A stretch of 64,000 nucleotides of DNA, taken from assembly GCA_964016885.1 (NCBI GenBank), contig OZ024741.1:251782001-251846000 (forward strand). Direction: 5' to 3'. The notes below the pieces were generated by a model. That model did not search any database, was not told the DNA's origin, and worked only from the letters and a program-made list of their open reading frames with translations. Both the position numbers and the translations under genes were made by a program. Source of the DNA: Eledone cirrhosa (taxonomy: Eukaryota). This document shows, one piece after another, positions 1 to 14,680 of the stretch (positions within the stretch are counted from its first letter, which is position 1; each line of letters opens with the position of its first letter).

Positions 1-470
1 TGGTTGGTGGTGAACTGGTGGTGATGGTGGTCTGGTGGTGTGATGGTGGTTTGGAGGTGTGATGGTGGGGGTGAGATGGCAGTGGTAGGCTGGTTGGTTG
101 GTGGTGAACTGGTGGTGATGGTGGTTTGGTGGTGTGATGGTGGTGGTGAGATGGTAGTGGTAGACTGGTTGGTTGGTGGTGAACTGGTGGTGATGGTTGT
201 TTGGTGGTGTAATGGTGGTGGTGAGATGGCAGTGGTAGAATGGTTGGTTGGTGGTGAACTCGTGGTGATGGTGGTCTGGTGGTGTGATGGTGGTGGTGAG
301 ATGGCAGTGGTAGACTGGTTGGTTGGTGGTGGTGAACTGATGGTGATGGTTATTTGGTGGTGTGATGGTGGGGGTGAGATGGTAGTGGTAGACTGGTTAG
401 TTGGTTGGTGGTGAACTGATGGTGATGGTTATTTGGTGGTGTGATGGTGGGGGTGAGATGGTAGTGGTAA
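1..470. repeat. ~75-bp TGG-rich minisatellite, ~6 copies
   Basis: Recurring unit tggttggtggtgaactggtggtgatgg...gagatggcagtggtagac; 25-aa periodicity in ORF 40..414. Confidence 0.9.
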
Positions 471-779
471 ACTGGTAGTGATGGTAGTGTAGTGGGGTGT
501 GATGGTAGTGGTAAACTGGTAGTGATGGTGGTGTAGTGGTGTGATGATGATGGTGGAGGACTGGCTGGTTGCTGATGGACTTGTAGTGGTAGGCCTGTGG
601 TGTAGAGTTGGTTTCAGATGGGTTGGGATGGAGATAGTGTGGTGCACTGAAGGTATGGTGTGGATGTGGTTGTGGGATGGTAGCGTTGTAGTTTAGCAAT
701 TGAGATGCTAGGCTGATGCATGATGCACAGCTATTGTAACAGCAGTTGCAGGCTCTAACATGCATTAGCATGGATTCAC

Positions 780-904
780 ATGTGCATGCATGTGTGTGTG
801 TTTCAATGCCGGTATGCATGTGTGTATGTATGTATGTGTGTATGTGTGTATGCATGTGTTTGTATGCATGTATGTGCATGAATGCATGTATTTATGTTAG
901 CATG

Positions 905-955
<51 letters not shown>

Positions 956-1240
956 GTATATGTATGTATATGTGTATGTATGTGTTATATGTATGTATGT
1001 ATGTATAAATGTGTGTGTATGTATGTATTTGTGTGTGCATATGTAAATATGTATGTGTGTAACTATGTGTTTATGAATATATGTATATGTATATATGGAT
1101 GTACACAAATAGGCTTATATATATGTATGTATGTTTGCATGTATGTATGTATATATGCATATATGTGCGTATGTATTAGTGTGTATGTGTGATACTGTGC
1201 ATGTGTCCATATATACATAAGAGGTATGTATGTGTGTAAT
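780..1240. repeat. (TG/TATG/TA)n compound microsatellite
   Basis: Direct reading. Confidence 0.9.
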
Positions 1241-1299
1241 TGTTAGTATTATGAGAAAAAACCCAATAAATGACATCATCAAGGCTGATATAGATACTA

Positions 1300-1920
1300 C
1301 TAACACAACACCACCACACCACCACACCACCATTTCACCACACCACTACACCACTACATGACCACTCCACCACATCACTGCTTCAGTAAACCAACAACAC
1401 CACCATACCATTATATGACCACACCACCACACCACTATCTCATTACACCACCATACCACCACACCACCACACCACCATATCACCACACCACTACACCACT
1501 ACATGACCACTCCACCACATCGCTGCTTCAGTAAACCAACAACACCACCATACCATTATATGACCACACCACTACACCACTCTCTCATTACACCACCATA
1601 CCACTACACCACCATATCACTACATGATTATATGACCACTCCACCACATCACTACTTCATTAAACCATCATACTACCATACCATCATATGATCACACTAC
1701 CTCATTATACCGACATATCACACCACTACTTCATTACACCACCATACCACCCTATCACCACTCCACCACACCACTACCTCATTACACTTCCATACCACTG
1801 CAACCACACTCCACCACATCACTACCTCATTACACCACCATAACACCATAGCCCCACTCCACCACACCACCACACCACTACATCATTACACCACCATACC
1901 ATTACATACAACACCACAAT
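1300..1920. repeat. Degenerate CAC/CCA-rich tandem repeat with ~145-bp internal duplication
   Basis: cactacatgaccactccaccaca..cttcagtaaaccaacaacaccaccataccattatatgacc occurs near 1352 and 1497. Confidence 0.8.
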
Positions 1921-1990
1921 ATCAAAATCTCCCAACATAAATTTATTAAAGAAACTTTTGTTAAGTAATGTTCCAAATGAAAAACGTTAG

Positions 1991-2170
1991 TTAGTATCAC
2001 TAGAAGGGTTGGACGCCATGCTTTGCAGCACAGAATTGTGGCCCTTTACGTTCTGAGTTAAAATCCGCCAAGGTTAACTTTGCCTTTCACCTTTATGGGG
2101 TCAATAAAATAAAGCACCAGTAATGCACTGGGGTAATTGCTGTCTTGTGCCAAAAGTAGAAATAATTATT
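1991..2170 (+). mobile_element. SINE family A (tRNA-derived, Meta-like core), 5'-eroded copy
   Basis: gttaactttgcctttcacc..ggggtcaataaaataaagcaccagtaatgcactggg..tgtgccaaaagtagaaataattatt, matching the copy at 25121. Confidence 0.85.
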
Positions 2171-2742
2171 ATCTGCAAAATAATTTGAAACTCATTGGAA
2201 ATATGGTAATAAAAGGGTTAAACAAGTGTATCACTTGAACTCACCCTCTACCTTCAAACTGATATGTTTGAATTGGTAAGGGTAACTTAGTCTCACAGCA
2301 TAAAGTCCAAAATAGATGAAAATCATCTGATTCAGGCATGTCAACGTTTCTGACCTCATATTAAAGCAGATATTGATGTTATCAGTATATCAGTATATTC
2401 ATTTTGAAGATGCACCAAGAAGAGTCTTAAGATTATTCATGCCATTTTTTTAACGAAATAAAGCTTTTTTTTTAAATGATTTATATGTCTTTTAATAAAT
2501 TCATGCAAATGTTCTCAAAGAACTGAGCAACCCTGTATGAAACCCAGTTTCTCAATATTGGTGGTGTCAATGTAATTACTTACATATCCAAGAGTTCCAA
2601 TAATTCTCCATCATCATTTTCTGTTTCACTTTTTACTGCTAATGGAGTCATAGGAGCACTTTAGTGATATATGACATACCTTTGGCATTTAAACATGGCA
2701 GAGCCCCTATCCCTATTAAGGTCTGAACTCATTCCATTTCTT

Positions 2743-2745
<3 letters not shown>

Positions 2746-2799
<54 letters not shown>

Positions 2800-2808
2800 A
2801 AGAGAGAG

Positions 2809-2864
<56 letters not shown>

Positions 2865-2917
2865 CAAGAGAGAGATAGATAGAGAGATATATAGATAGAG
2901 AGAGAGAGAGAGAGAGA
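2746..2917. repeat. (GA)n/(GATA)n microsatellite
   Basis: Direct reading. Confidence 0.95.
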
Positions 2918-3639
2918 TGAGAATAATCAACCCTGGTACTTGAAATGGTGGAAGACAAAGTTGTACTAAGTACAGAGCTGGAATGAAAACCACAAAGAAT
3001 TCTATCCAATGTTTTAATGAGTCTGCTAATTCACCACGTTTTTTATCCAATAATCACAATTATTAACCTAAAACTATATTCCTGGTGGATTGTCTTTTGA
3101 TTTCTCATTAGTTTAGCAAAGATTTCCCTTATTTTTAACATTATGTTAACATCTTTTGGACAACTGATTTCCTCTTTTGATTGATCAAATCGAACAGCAA
3201 GATTCCAGACCTAGTTTATTTACCAAGTGAGATGGAACTCATCAAATCGAACCAAAGAAACTGTTTCCATTGGTCTTTCCATTGCTATCTACTAGTCACA
3301 ACTCCTGGCAGAAAAAGCAACATGAAATGGAGTGTCTTACTCAAGGACATAAAACATTGCCTTTTCTGACAATCAAACTAGCAACCTCACAATCATGAAT
3401 TTAATTCTCTAACCACTAGGCCACACAAAATATTTTCCTATCCTAGATGATTATACCGTGTTGTGCAATTAATCTTACCAAGGTTATAACAGGAACATTC
3501 CAACAATATTCTTTCATGTTTCTTTGATATCACTATAATTTCTATGGATTGCATCCTATAATATTTTGGCCCCGCCATCTTGCCTCATATGTAAATATGT
3601 AGTAACACAAATGATATCACAACATTTTCAACATTTCAA

Positions 3640-4345
<706 letters not shown>

Positions 4346-4819
4346 TATGCGTCTGTGAGCATGTAAGTGTATTTCATTAATCACGAGTTATCTGAGAATC
4401 TGAGAATGCTTGAATTTAGATGGAAGTAATTAACTGCATTAGGCCAAACTGCAGAAGTGCATTTGTAATTTGTGCACGGTTTACAATGACAGCATAGCAT
4501 CTCTAATGCACACACATACACACACACCCACACATAGACACACACACATATGTAGTGATGTTGTGTGTTGACAACTGGCTCCTATTTCAACAAGAATGGT
4601 TTACATGAACATGTTTCATAACTAGGTTAGTTCTCATGTGATACATAATTCCATTTGGATAGACCAAAGTATTCTACAGAGAAGGATGTATTTTGGCATG
4701 GCTTTGGTTTAGCTTTAAATTCATTGACTTCTTCTTATTCTCCTCTTCCTCTTATTCCACTTCCCACCTCCTCATCATCATCATTTTCCACCTACTTCTT
4801 CACTACTGCCCACACACAT

Positions 4820-5400
4820 AGTCATGGTGGCAAAGTTCTCAGATACCTTCAAGATAATCCTACTGAAAGCAGCCATCACCAAGTAAGACCAACTGAAGTT
4901 GTGGATGTTATCCAACCATCTTTCATATAGTCTACCTCTGGGTCTTTACCTCATTGGTTTTGTTTATAAAATCTCTCCTGTGATTCTCTCCTTAGACAAC
5001 TTAAACACATAACCATATTACTCAAGCTGTGATCTCTCAATTCAGAGAAGTAGTGGCTCTACCTGGAGTGATTCCCTAATCTCCAAGCTATGCACTCTAT
5101 TGAGTAATGTTACTCCAAAGACCCCTTGGATGAAACCCATTTTAGCCAACTGAATTTGTGATCACATTCTTTCAGTGATTTCATAAGATTCATGACCATA
5201 TGTAAGGATTGATTTAAAGAAAGGGAGTTTTGTTTTTAAACCTATCTCCCTTCTTCTGATGACTGAATGCTGATTCTTACACATAACACCAGCTCTAGCA
5301 ATTCTTGCATTTAGTTCAACCCCGTGCCTTGCATCACTTGCGAAAACAGCCCTGAGATATTTGAATTTCTGAATCTGCTTCAGTGAAACTCTACTCACAT
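4820..5400 (-). mobile_element. Decayed RTE-clade LINE ORF, 3' part
   Basis: SLKQIQKFKYLRAVF..ELNARIARA..ILTYGHESY, then a segment matching RVYSSEIRESLQVEPLL of the 14.3-kb copy. Confidence 0.8.
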
Positions 5401-6347
5401 GTAAATGATTGAGTAAATTGGTGAAGTTGTTAGAGAATCAGATGAAAAGCTTTGAGGCCTTTGTTCTGGCTCCCTTTGCTTTAAGTTCAAGTCCCATAGA
5501 GGTCAACTTTGCTTTTCATCTGTTCAGGGGTGATTTGGAAGAATGATAGAGCATTGGAGGAGATGTATATTAGTTTCAGCTCTGTGCATTCTGGATTCAA
5601 ACCTCACATCCTGTCACCAGGAAAACAAAACTTGTCCTTCTAGTGATAGGCTTGGGAATTTCTTAACTCTTAATGACCATTACTACAAAAACCACATTAG
5701 CAAGACATTCTTGAAAATTACAGAGCAACACTATGACATCACACTAAAATCACAATTATTAAAATTACTATGGCAGTATCACATGAAAATTTATAACCTA
5801 CTCTAACACTGAATTTTCACACTGATCTGTCTGCTAGTAAAGATATTAAAAACATTTGAATTAACAAACCCACATTTAGATATTTCCTGATAAATTATGA
5901 CATGATGTTAAGAAGAGTTAAGCAAAGTACAAAGTATTTCAGTTGATTACTGTAAATGCCAGCATACCAATTGACAAGGAGAAAACACAAATTGATGGTT
6001 AAATCCTGTGCACTCTCTTCTCTTCTAAAACCATGGCGATAAAGAGATTTTCTCTCCAAGCAAAGGGTAGATTGTATGATGTCTATATACATAGTGCAAT
6101 GTTGCATGATAGTGAGACATGAGCATTAAACACAAAGGATATGTGAAAGCTAGAAATAAGTAAATCTACTATGCTCTGTTGAATGTGTAATGTTAGCATG
6201 CATGAATGATGAAGCACAGATGAGTGAGAGAAAAAACTTGGTATAAGAGGAATATGATGTATGTATGTATAAATGTATGTATGCATGCATCTATCTATCT
6301 ATTTATCTCTCTCTATATATATGTGTATGTGTGTGCATGGATATATG

Positions 6348-6389
<42 letters not shown>

Positions 6390-6619
6390 GAGAGAGATTA
6401 GATAGATTCATACATACATACATACATGTGTATATATATATATGTATGTGTGTCTGTATGTGTAAGTGTGTGTGTGTGTATCTATTTATACATACAATCA
6501 TATCTACACTTATGTACACAGATGTAGATACACGTAGACAAAATATGGGACCAAAGACAGCTAACAACTGAGATAAAGGCTGTTGACCTCTCTATGTCAT
6601 CCATGTTTTGTAATCTTCC

Positions 6620-7540
6620 TGATTTTAGTCACCTATAATTAACACCACCACAAACAACTACAACAGAGCACCACTACTGCCACTACCATCACCACTACCA
6701 CTCGTACTACAGCCACTGCCACCAACAACAACAAATGCAACACTAAAACACAACACCACCCCACCAACAGCAACAACAACCACTACAACACAACACCACC
6801 CCACCAACAGCAACAACAACACTACAACACCATCCCACCAACAGTAACAACAACAACTATAACAATACTACAACACAGCATGACCTCCACAAACAACAAC
6901 AGCAACACTACATCAACAACACCACCACCACTACTATGTCAACATCACCACCACCACCACTACTACGTCAACACCATCAACACCACCACTACATCAACAA
7001 CACCACCACCACCACCACCACCACCACCACCACCACCACCACCACCACTACTACGTCAACATCACCACCACCACCACCACCATCACCATCACCAACATCA
7101 CCACCACCACCACCATCACCAACATCACCACCACCACCACCACCACCACCTCCACCACTACCATCACCAACATCACCACCACCACCACCACTACTACGTC
7201 GACATCACCATCACCACCACCACCACCACCACTACTACGTCAACACCACCACCATCAACACCACCACTACATCAACAACACCACCACCACCAACATCACC
7301 ACCACCACCACCACCTCCACCACTACCATCACCAACATCACCACCACCACCATCACCACCACCTCCACCACTACCATCACCAACATCACCACCACCACCA
7401 CACCACTACTATGTCAACATCACCACCACCACCACCACCACCACCTCCACCACTACCATCACCACCACCACCCCCACCCCCACCTCCCCCCACCACTACT
7501 ACCTGAGCACAACACTACCACCACTGTCACCATTATAACT
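6620..7540. repeat. (CAC/CAA)n compound microsatellite
   Basis: Direct reading; source of the poly-His/Pro/Thr ORFs. Confidence 0.9.
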
Positions 7541-7914
7541 GTGATGACCATTATAATATCATTGGCTGACCACTGGTCAATGTCATTATATCTGTCTGTG
7601 TGTCCAGCAACTGGGAACACAGACAAAGTAAATGATGGACAGAACTATGAGACAATAGGAGAGATTCCATGTTAATGGGAGCAAGGGATGAGAATGGTAT
7701 GGAGACGTAGTGGTGGTGGTATAGTGATGGTGGTGGTGGTGTTGTGGTGGCATGGTGATGTGAGGGTGCAGTGTTGACTGTGTATGTGAGGTAGGTTGTT
7801 GGTGACAGTGTGGTATACTGTAATGGTGGTGTGGGTGTGATGGTAGGTGTGGCAGTGGTGGCAGTGGCAGTGTTGTAATAGTAGTATGGTGATGGTGGTG
7901 GTGGTGGTGCTAGT

Positions 7915-7953
7915 GGTACTGTTATGTGGTAACACTATGATTCTGTGGTGATT

Positions 7954-7985
<32 letters not shown>

Positions 7986-8335
7986 GGTGGTTGAGGTGGT
8001 GTGTTGGTGGTGGTACTGTTATGTGGTAACACTATGATTCTGTGGTGATTGTAGTAGTAGTAGTAGTAGTGGTGGTGGTGGTGGTTGAGGTGGTGTGTTG
8101 GTGGTGGTACTGTTATGTGGTAACACTATGATTCTGTGGTGATTGTAGTAGTAGTAGTAGTAGTGGTGGTGGTGGTGGTGGTTGAGGTGGTGTGTTGGTG
8201 GTGGTACTGTTATGTGGTAACACTATGATTCTGTGGTGATTGTAGTAGTAGTAGTAGTAGTGGTGGTGGTGGTGGTTGAGGTGGTGTGTTGGTGGTGGTA
8301 CTGTTATGTGGTAACACTATGATTCTGTGGTGATT

Positions 8336-8382
<47 letters not shown>

Positions 8383-8447
8383 GGTGGTTGAGGTGGTGTG
8401 TTGGTGGTGGTACTGTTATGTGGTAACACTATGATTCTGTGGTGATT

Positions 8448-8497
<50 letters not shown>

Positions 8498-8600
8498 TGT
8501 TGAGGTGGTGTGTTGGTGGTGGTACTGTTATGTGGTAACACTATGATTCTGTGGTGATTGTAGTAGTTGTAGTAGTAGTGGTGGTGGTGGTTGAGGTGGT
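7915..8600. repeat. Minisatellite, 7 units of ~95-112 bp with variable (TAG)n(TGG)n
   Basis: gttatgtggtaacactatgattctgtggtgattg repeated at about 7921, 8018, 8112, 8209, 8303, 8415, 8527. Confidence 0.95.
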
Positions 8601-9414
8601 GGTGGTGATGGTGGTAGTCTATTAATGGCCATTGTTGTTTATCCCCAGGTCAGTCCTGATCCAGCAGACCAAGGATAGAAACAATGGATTATATTATATG
8701 AGGGCAGTGAATTAGCAGTGTTATTAGGATGGTGGATTAAATATGTCTTTGTATTTGTTCCAGCTTCACTGTGATCTGAGGATCTGGGTTCAAATACTTT
8801 ACTTTCCATCATTTTGGCCCTAGGCTTTCATCCTTTTGAGGTTGATACATAAAGTACCAATCTAGTACTAGTGTTAAGCATTGCCCACAAGTTTGTAAAA
8901 GATGAACTGTTAATGGAGTTCCTTTACTGCAGACTTGTTATTGAACTGGTCAGCAGAAAACAGACTTCCAGTGAGGCAGGTAACAAGACCTGAACCTCAG
9001 GGGTGGATCGCTCTTTCTTAAGTTTGTCAATGTTTGCCATCCAATAAATAACAATTCAGCAAATCACAGTTTTTGCTATTTTGCTTATAATGTAACTAAA
9101 ACTATACTGACTCAAGAAATACAAAATTAAATTAGTAAATTGCCTCATTTTTTTTTTTTACTAAAGAAAATAGTTTAATAATAACAGACTGCATAAATCC
9201 CCAGAATGGAAAGAAAAATGCCAATTTTTTAGCATTCTTGGAGTTTACATGCCCTCTTATTAGTTTATTCTCTGTGGCTAAGTTATAATTCAATTCAATT
9301 TTCAAATTCCAATGCTGTCTTCTAATTATGTGATGTTTACACACACACAGAGACATATATGTTTGTGTTAATATATTGTACCCCATGTTTGTGTTAATAT
9401 ATTGTACCCCATAC

Positions 9415-9775
9415 CCTGCCTGCTGCATTCTTCTGCTTTTGAGGACAAGACTCAGATGTGTGTCATTAGCTCTATAAAGCATATCTTTGTTTGTGATCTT
9501 CTCTTGCCATCTAATGAATAGGATCATACGGGGGGGGGGGGGGCATCTTTGTTGGAAAGTATCAAGCTGATTTCAGTTCTGGCAGTACTTTTCCAAGTGT
9601 CAGCAGTACAGTTTGTTGTTGAGATAACAATTGACCAGAATAACCTCAATTTCATTTGTGGTGAATACTCCAGCACCTTTGGCTATCCTTTATTTTATGT
9701 CAGCTTCAGTATTGCCACCTGTTGTCTGAACGCTACCAAAATATAGGAAATGTTGAACCTCTTCTATCTTTTCCC
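9415..9775 (-). mobile_element. Decayed RTE-clade LINE fragment
   Basis: Minus strand reads KIEEVQHFLYFGSV..GGNTEADIK*RIAKGAGVF and later ILFIRWQEKITNKDML. Confidence 0.7.
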
Positions 9776-11732
9776 ATATATATATAATATACATGTATAT
9801 GGTAAAGAGTATGAAAGGTAGTGCAAGTAAATGTCATGAGCAAAAACAATGGGTATGTATGATGACCCTGTAATAAACAGGCAAAACTCCAAAGTAACAA
9901 GACTCACTTTTTACTCATAATATAAATGAATATACATATATATATATCCAAGGTTCACGAAAATTGTTTATATTAATTCATTGATCTCTGGCTAACGACT
10001 CACCTACTCAATGAATCTATGTGATTGCAGTAGTGAGTCTGTATCCTGTAGTTCAGAGTGCCTGCATTTTAGTTAATAGCAAGTACAGTGGCTGTGTTTT
10101 CGTACAGATATGTTATGTATCTTTCTTCTGGACAGAATCCGTTTCTGTGCAATATACTTCACAACTACAGATATTAAATCTGCAGTGTTCAGAAAATTAC
10201 ATATTATCAGCAGATAATTACATAATTGGGCGAATTGCACTCTTCAGCAGGTGGACTAAGTCAATACATTGGTGTTTGTAATGTGTGTGGTAGCGCATAC
10301 TGTTTTATTAATGAATCTAGCAGTTTTATGAGAACATGACACTTGACCTCTAATAAAAATAGAGGAATGCCAGTGTAAGAGACAAAAACATGTTATATGG
10401 TGGTTGAATTCAAACGGGAATTCACTCCAAAATAGAACTCAACCAGTATAATTGTATAAATATAGAGTAAAAGCTGCTACATAGAATATTGTCTACTAAA
10501 TCAGTCTAGGGTGTTAAGAGTTAATAAATAGGTAAAACCTTTAATCTGTATAAAATAATTAACAATTTATTATAAAAAAAGTATTTAGAATTCATGAAAC
10601 AATAAAAGAGAGAAAAAGGAAGGAAAAGGTTAGGAGTGTTAAGCAACGAAAGAAAATGGAAAGGGGAGAGGATGACAGACTACACCTATGTCAGAGGAGT
10701 GTTTTAGCTGCACCTTGTGGACAAAATGGCAAGCTATTACCATGGTCAATAGCTAGCAACACTTGCTGCAACAGTAACCCTACCTCAAGGGATTCCTTCC
10801 TCAGATGGTAATTCCGCTGGAGTGTGAAAAAAGAAACTACTTCAAATGTATGAAATGTCTTTCATTATCATGAGTGAGAAGCACTATGGTTGATGGACAG
10901 AGGTGCAATTTCACTGCTTGCCAGAGGTGCTATTTTCCCTATTTATGCCTCAGCTTACAGCCAGTTCCAATCGCTAGATATGTAGGTTGCCTCTGGGAAA
11001 TATGTTTTTCACAAGTAAGAATGATATTTTTCCCATGGATAGTCTATCTTCCAATATACTGGGTTCTACTCATTTAAAAAAATCTTTTAAAATTAAAGAA
11101 TCTCAAGATAAAAGAAAAATATCCTAACTTCCATATTAATTTCAAATTAATTTAAACCATTTCCCTTCCAATTAATCCTATGTTCTTAATTAATAGGCAT
11201 GAATTCGCTATATGGCATTTATATAATTAAATTATGAAATATTTTATTCATATTGAATGCATATCTGGGGCACAATGCCTTAGACATCGAACTGCTATAA
11301 ATATTTTGGAAAACTATTTAATTTCTTACATGAAAGACAACTTTTCAAGAGAAATCCAATAGCATTGAATTAAACCAAATATACCTTCATTAAGAACCAT
11401 TCTGGTACATTTATAGCTACTTTTCAACCTGGGAAATGCTGCTTTTATTCCCTTCTGGTGTCTTATTGTTAAAAGTTGATGAAAGTGATGTATTTGAAAT
11501 TGGAACCAGCATTACATCATTTATTTATAGGAACTGGAAGGCAAGTTTATCCAACATCCAATATACATCTACTTATAGCAGTGCATATAGCTAAAACAAA
11601 CTGAGCATCATCTAATTCACATAAGCAGATCATTACAAAAACCTTATTGAATGAATTTCTAATATAATTTACAGCAGATCCCATTTTGGAAGTAAAGATT
11701 ACTACAGAATGCCTCCATCAATTTGAATTTCA

Positions 11733-11903
11733 TAATAATTGTTTCTACTTTTGGCACAAGGCCAGCAATTACCCAGTACATTACTGGTACTTTATTTTAT
11801 CGACCCCGTAAGGATGAAAGGCAAAGTTAACCTCGGCTGGATTTGAACTCAGAATAGCAAGGGCCGTTAAAGCATGGCGTCCGACCCTCTACCGATACTG
11901 CCA
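11733..11903 (-). mobile_element. SINE family A
   Basis: Reverse complement of the 25121 copy. Confidence 0.9.
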
Positions 11904-12186
11904 TGAGTACTTATAGGGATTCCAATAGATTCAAAATTGGAAGAAGAGCTAAAATTTCTGAGGTGCATTACACTACTCAAGATTTCATTTTGTGGAGCCT
12001 CTGACCTCCCAGGCAGGCTGGAGGTTCATATCTCACTTACATATGGTTCTATATTATTTGACCAAGTGCATTTTATCATGGCAGCAGTATCATAGTGGTT
12101 GTCAGGTCTCTACCCAGCTGGGGGGGGGGGGGGGGCTTCCTCACATCCTTTTATTTGGCAAGTTTTCTACACACACACACACACAT

Positions 12187-12219
<33 letters not shown>

Positions 12220-12221
<2 letters not shown>

Positions 12222-12723
12222 GTAAAACCTACTACAGTCAGTAGGCATCTCTAACAAAATACACCCTCGTCCCACTACCCCCACCCCATCCACACCGCCC
12301 CTTTCAATGTAAAGTTATGTTGGTACCACAACATCCAGCCCAAAACAAATGAGGTCGTGTAGGTGTCACGACAAAAAAACACACAGTCCACTCTGTAATG
12401 TGGCCGTGTAGGCAACATGGTAAAAACCTCCCAGTCCCACACTGTAAATGTGGTTGGTGTTAGGAAGGGCATCCAACTGTAGAAAACCCGCCAGACAGTC
12501 CACGCTGTAATGTGGCCGTGTAGGCAACATGGTAAAAAACCTCCCAGTCCCACACTGTAAATGTGGTTGGTGTTAGGAAGGGCATCCAACTGTAGAAAAC
12601 CCGCCAGACAGTCCTATACGAGCAAGACAACCACTCTTGCCTCAAGTGGGAAAACTCCCGTCCAAACCCATGCAAGCGTGGAACATGGACGTTAAACGAT
12701 GATGATGATGATGATGATGATGA
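12220..12723 (+). mobile_element. RTE 3'-UTR-derived element with ~118-bp internal duplication and (GAT)n tail
   Basis: Near-identical to the reverse complement of 29415-29795; (TA)n on both sides. Confidence 0.85.
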
Positions 12724-12741
12724 TATATATATATATATGAA

Positions 12742-13179
12742 GGCACATGGCTTAGTGGTTAGAGAATTGGCCTTGCAATTGAAAGGTTGTGAGTTCAATT
12801 CTCAGACCGGGTGATGTGTTGTTTCCTTGAGCAAGACACTTTATTTCACATTGCTCCAGTTTACTCAGCTCTAGAAATGAGATGATATGCCTGGGGTCCC
12901 TATCATTCCACTGCAAAGTGGTCGTGGAGGTGCCACACCAAAAAAGTACCCAGCCCACACTGTAAAGTGGACGTGTAGGCGCCACGGAAAAAAAAAAGCA
13001 CACAGCACTCACTGTAAATGAGGTTGGTGTTAGGAAGGGAATCCAACTGTAGAAATCAAGCCAGAATCAGTTCCCGTATGAGCAAGACAAGGTCAGCCAA
13101 CCGGACACTGCCCACAACAGGACAACCCGTCTAACCCATGCTAGCGTGGAAGAACGGACGTAAAACGGTGATGATGATG
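12742..13179 (+). mobile_element. SINE family B, full length: tRNA-like head, CORE-like segment, ggaagggcatccag domain, RTE-type (GAT)n tail
   Basis: A box tggcttagtgg, B box gagttcaattc, ccttgagcaagacactttatttcac, 3' ggacgtaaaacggtgatgatg. Confidence 0.85.
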
Positions 13180-13407
13180 ATATATATATACACACATGCA
13201 CATAAATACATATATATATGCACACATATATACATACACACATATATACATACACACATATATATATTTGGTAGGATACAGACTAATATATTGATAAAGT
13301 ATAAATATCAGAAGAAGAAATATATCAGTTGAAAAAGTATATATATTTTAAAGCATTTTTATAATTTGAATTGAGTGCTCTCATCCTTCATGAGACTTAT
13401 CAAGACA

Positions 13408-13596
13408 TAATTGTTTCTACTTTAGGCACAAGGCCAGCAATTATCCCAGTGTGTTACTGGTGCCTTATTTTATCGACCCCCGTAAGGGTGAAAGGCAAAG
13501 TTAACCTCGGCGGGATTTGAACTCAGACCATAAAGGGACATAACTCTTTTCTGCAAAGCATGGCATCCAACCCTCTACCAATACTGCCAATCCACC
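13408..13596 (-). mobile_element. SINE family A
   Basis: Reverse complement match to the family. Confidence 0.9.
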
Positions 13597-13687
13597 CAAG
13601 ACATAATGGGAGTTATTGCTAAATGGATAGTAAAACCAGAAATTTCCTGTGTGTATTTTAATAATAACAATAATCATGAAAAATATT

Positions 13688-13947
13688 GTGTACAGGCTCA
13701 GGTGCACTACAACTCATCAAAGGTGCATATATAGTACATAAAATAATGTAGAAATGCCAGGAAAGTGAACAGTATATGAGTCATGATATACACACAGACA
13801 TGTGTGCATGTGTATGGAGGGGTAATATCAGGTGTAGTGTTGGCGAATTTCGGGAAGCATGGAAGTTATAAAGGATGCAATGTTCTGACAGCTCACAATT
13901 GATGCAGGTAGTTTGTTCCATGCTTCAGCAACACTGAGCATGAAAAT
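13688..13947 (-). mobile_element. CR1/L2-type LINE 3' end
   Basis: Minus strand FMLSVAEAWNKLPASIVSCQNIASF (WNxLP motif); same UTR recurs at 43010-43185. Confidence 0.8.
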
Positions 13948-14269
13948 CATTACTTTAAGAAGAGCTGTTATGGTTTAGTTTCAGAGTGAATTTCTTTATA
14001 AAATATTTCTCAATTTCTTGCCAGTACTTTGGATCATCACTCAAACATTTATAAAAAGGGGAAATTTTGAATTAGCTTTCCCTGCAAATTTCTAAATCTT
14101 CATTCAGTAGGATTTTTGTTAGTTCTGCTTTTCCTATCTGTTATTTGAGTACTCTGACTCAACTCATTCACACAAAGAGTTATCAGTCCGACTAATATAA
14201 TTCTCATTGGGTCTGAGACAGAATCTCAGATTTTCTCATTTGCAGCTCAATGTGATCTATTAAATGTAA

Positions 14270-14680
14270 TGGCTGAAAGAATATGATTGTGAATAGAAGT
14301 GGACGAAATGGGGTTCCTCCAAAGTGTCTTTGGAGTAATGTTACTCAATAGAGTGTATAGCTCAGAGATCAGAGAGTCACTCCAGGTAGAGCCACTACTT
14401 CTTCGTATTGAGAGATCACTGCTCCGATACTGTGGGCATGTGGTTAGAATATCTCAGGAAAGAATCGCTGGACAGGTTTCACAGGAAAAACCAACTGGTA
14501 GGAGACCCTGGAGTAGACCCCAAGCAAGTTGGTTGGATAACATCCATGAACTTGGCTGCTCTCATTTGGGGATCCAGTCTGATCAGTTGGAGACATTTCC
14601 TTCTGACAGGACACACTGGAAGGACTGCTTGAAGACCCTACCTCCACGACCTTCTCAGGAATAAGTGGGCGAAGAACTTT
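14270..14680 (+). mobile_element. RTE-clade LINE 3' fragment
   Basis: ORF 14299..14664: IERSLLRYCGHVVRI..PTGRRPWSRPQASWLDNI, typical RTE C-terminus. Confidence 0.85.

Noticed and set aside
2515-2537. Mariner-like terminus (caaccctg|ta)
   Set aside because: No matching second TIR found.
6880-7538. His/Pro-rich or extensin-like ORFs
   Set aside because: (CAC)n microsatellite open in several frames.
7915-8600. Repeat-spacer pattern resembling CRISPR
   Set aside because: The spacers are only (TAG)n(TGG)n length variants.
10640-11730. Possible decayed LINE or transposase sequence
   Set aside because: No motif could be assigned confidently by eye; needs a translated search.
12742-12815. tRNA gene
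   Set aside because: A and B boxes are present, but there is no complete cloverleaf and it continues into a SINE body found in multiple copies.
13270-13405. Possible further Penelope-type end (gaaatatatc...ttgagtgct)
   Set aside because: No CUGANGA core and no ACTC partner visible.
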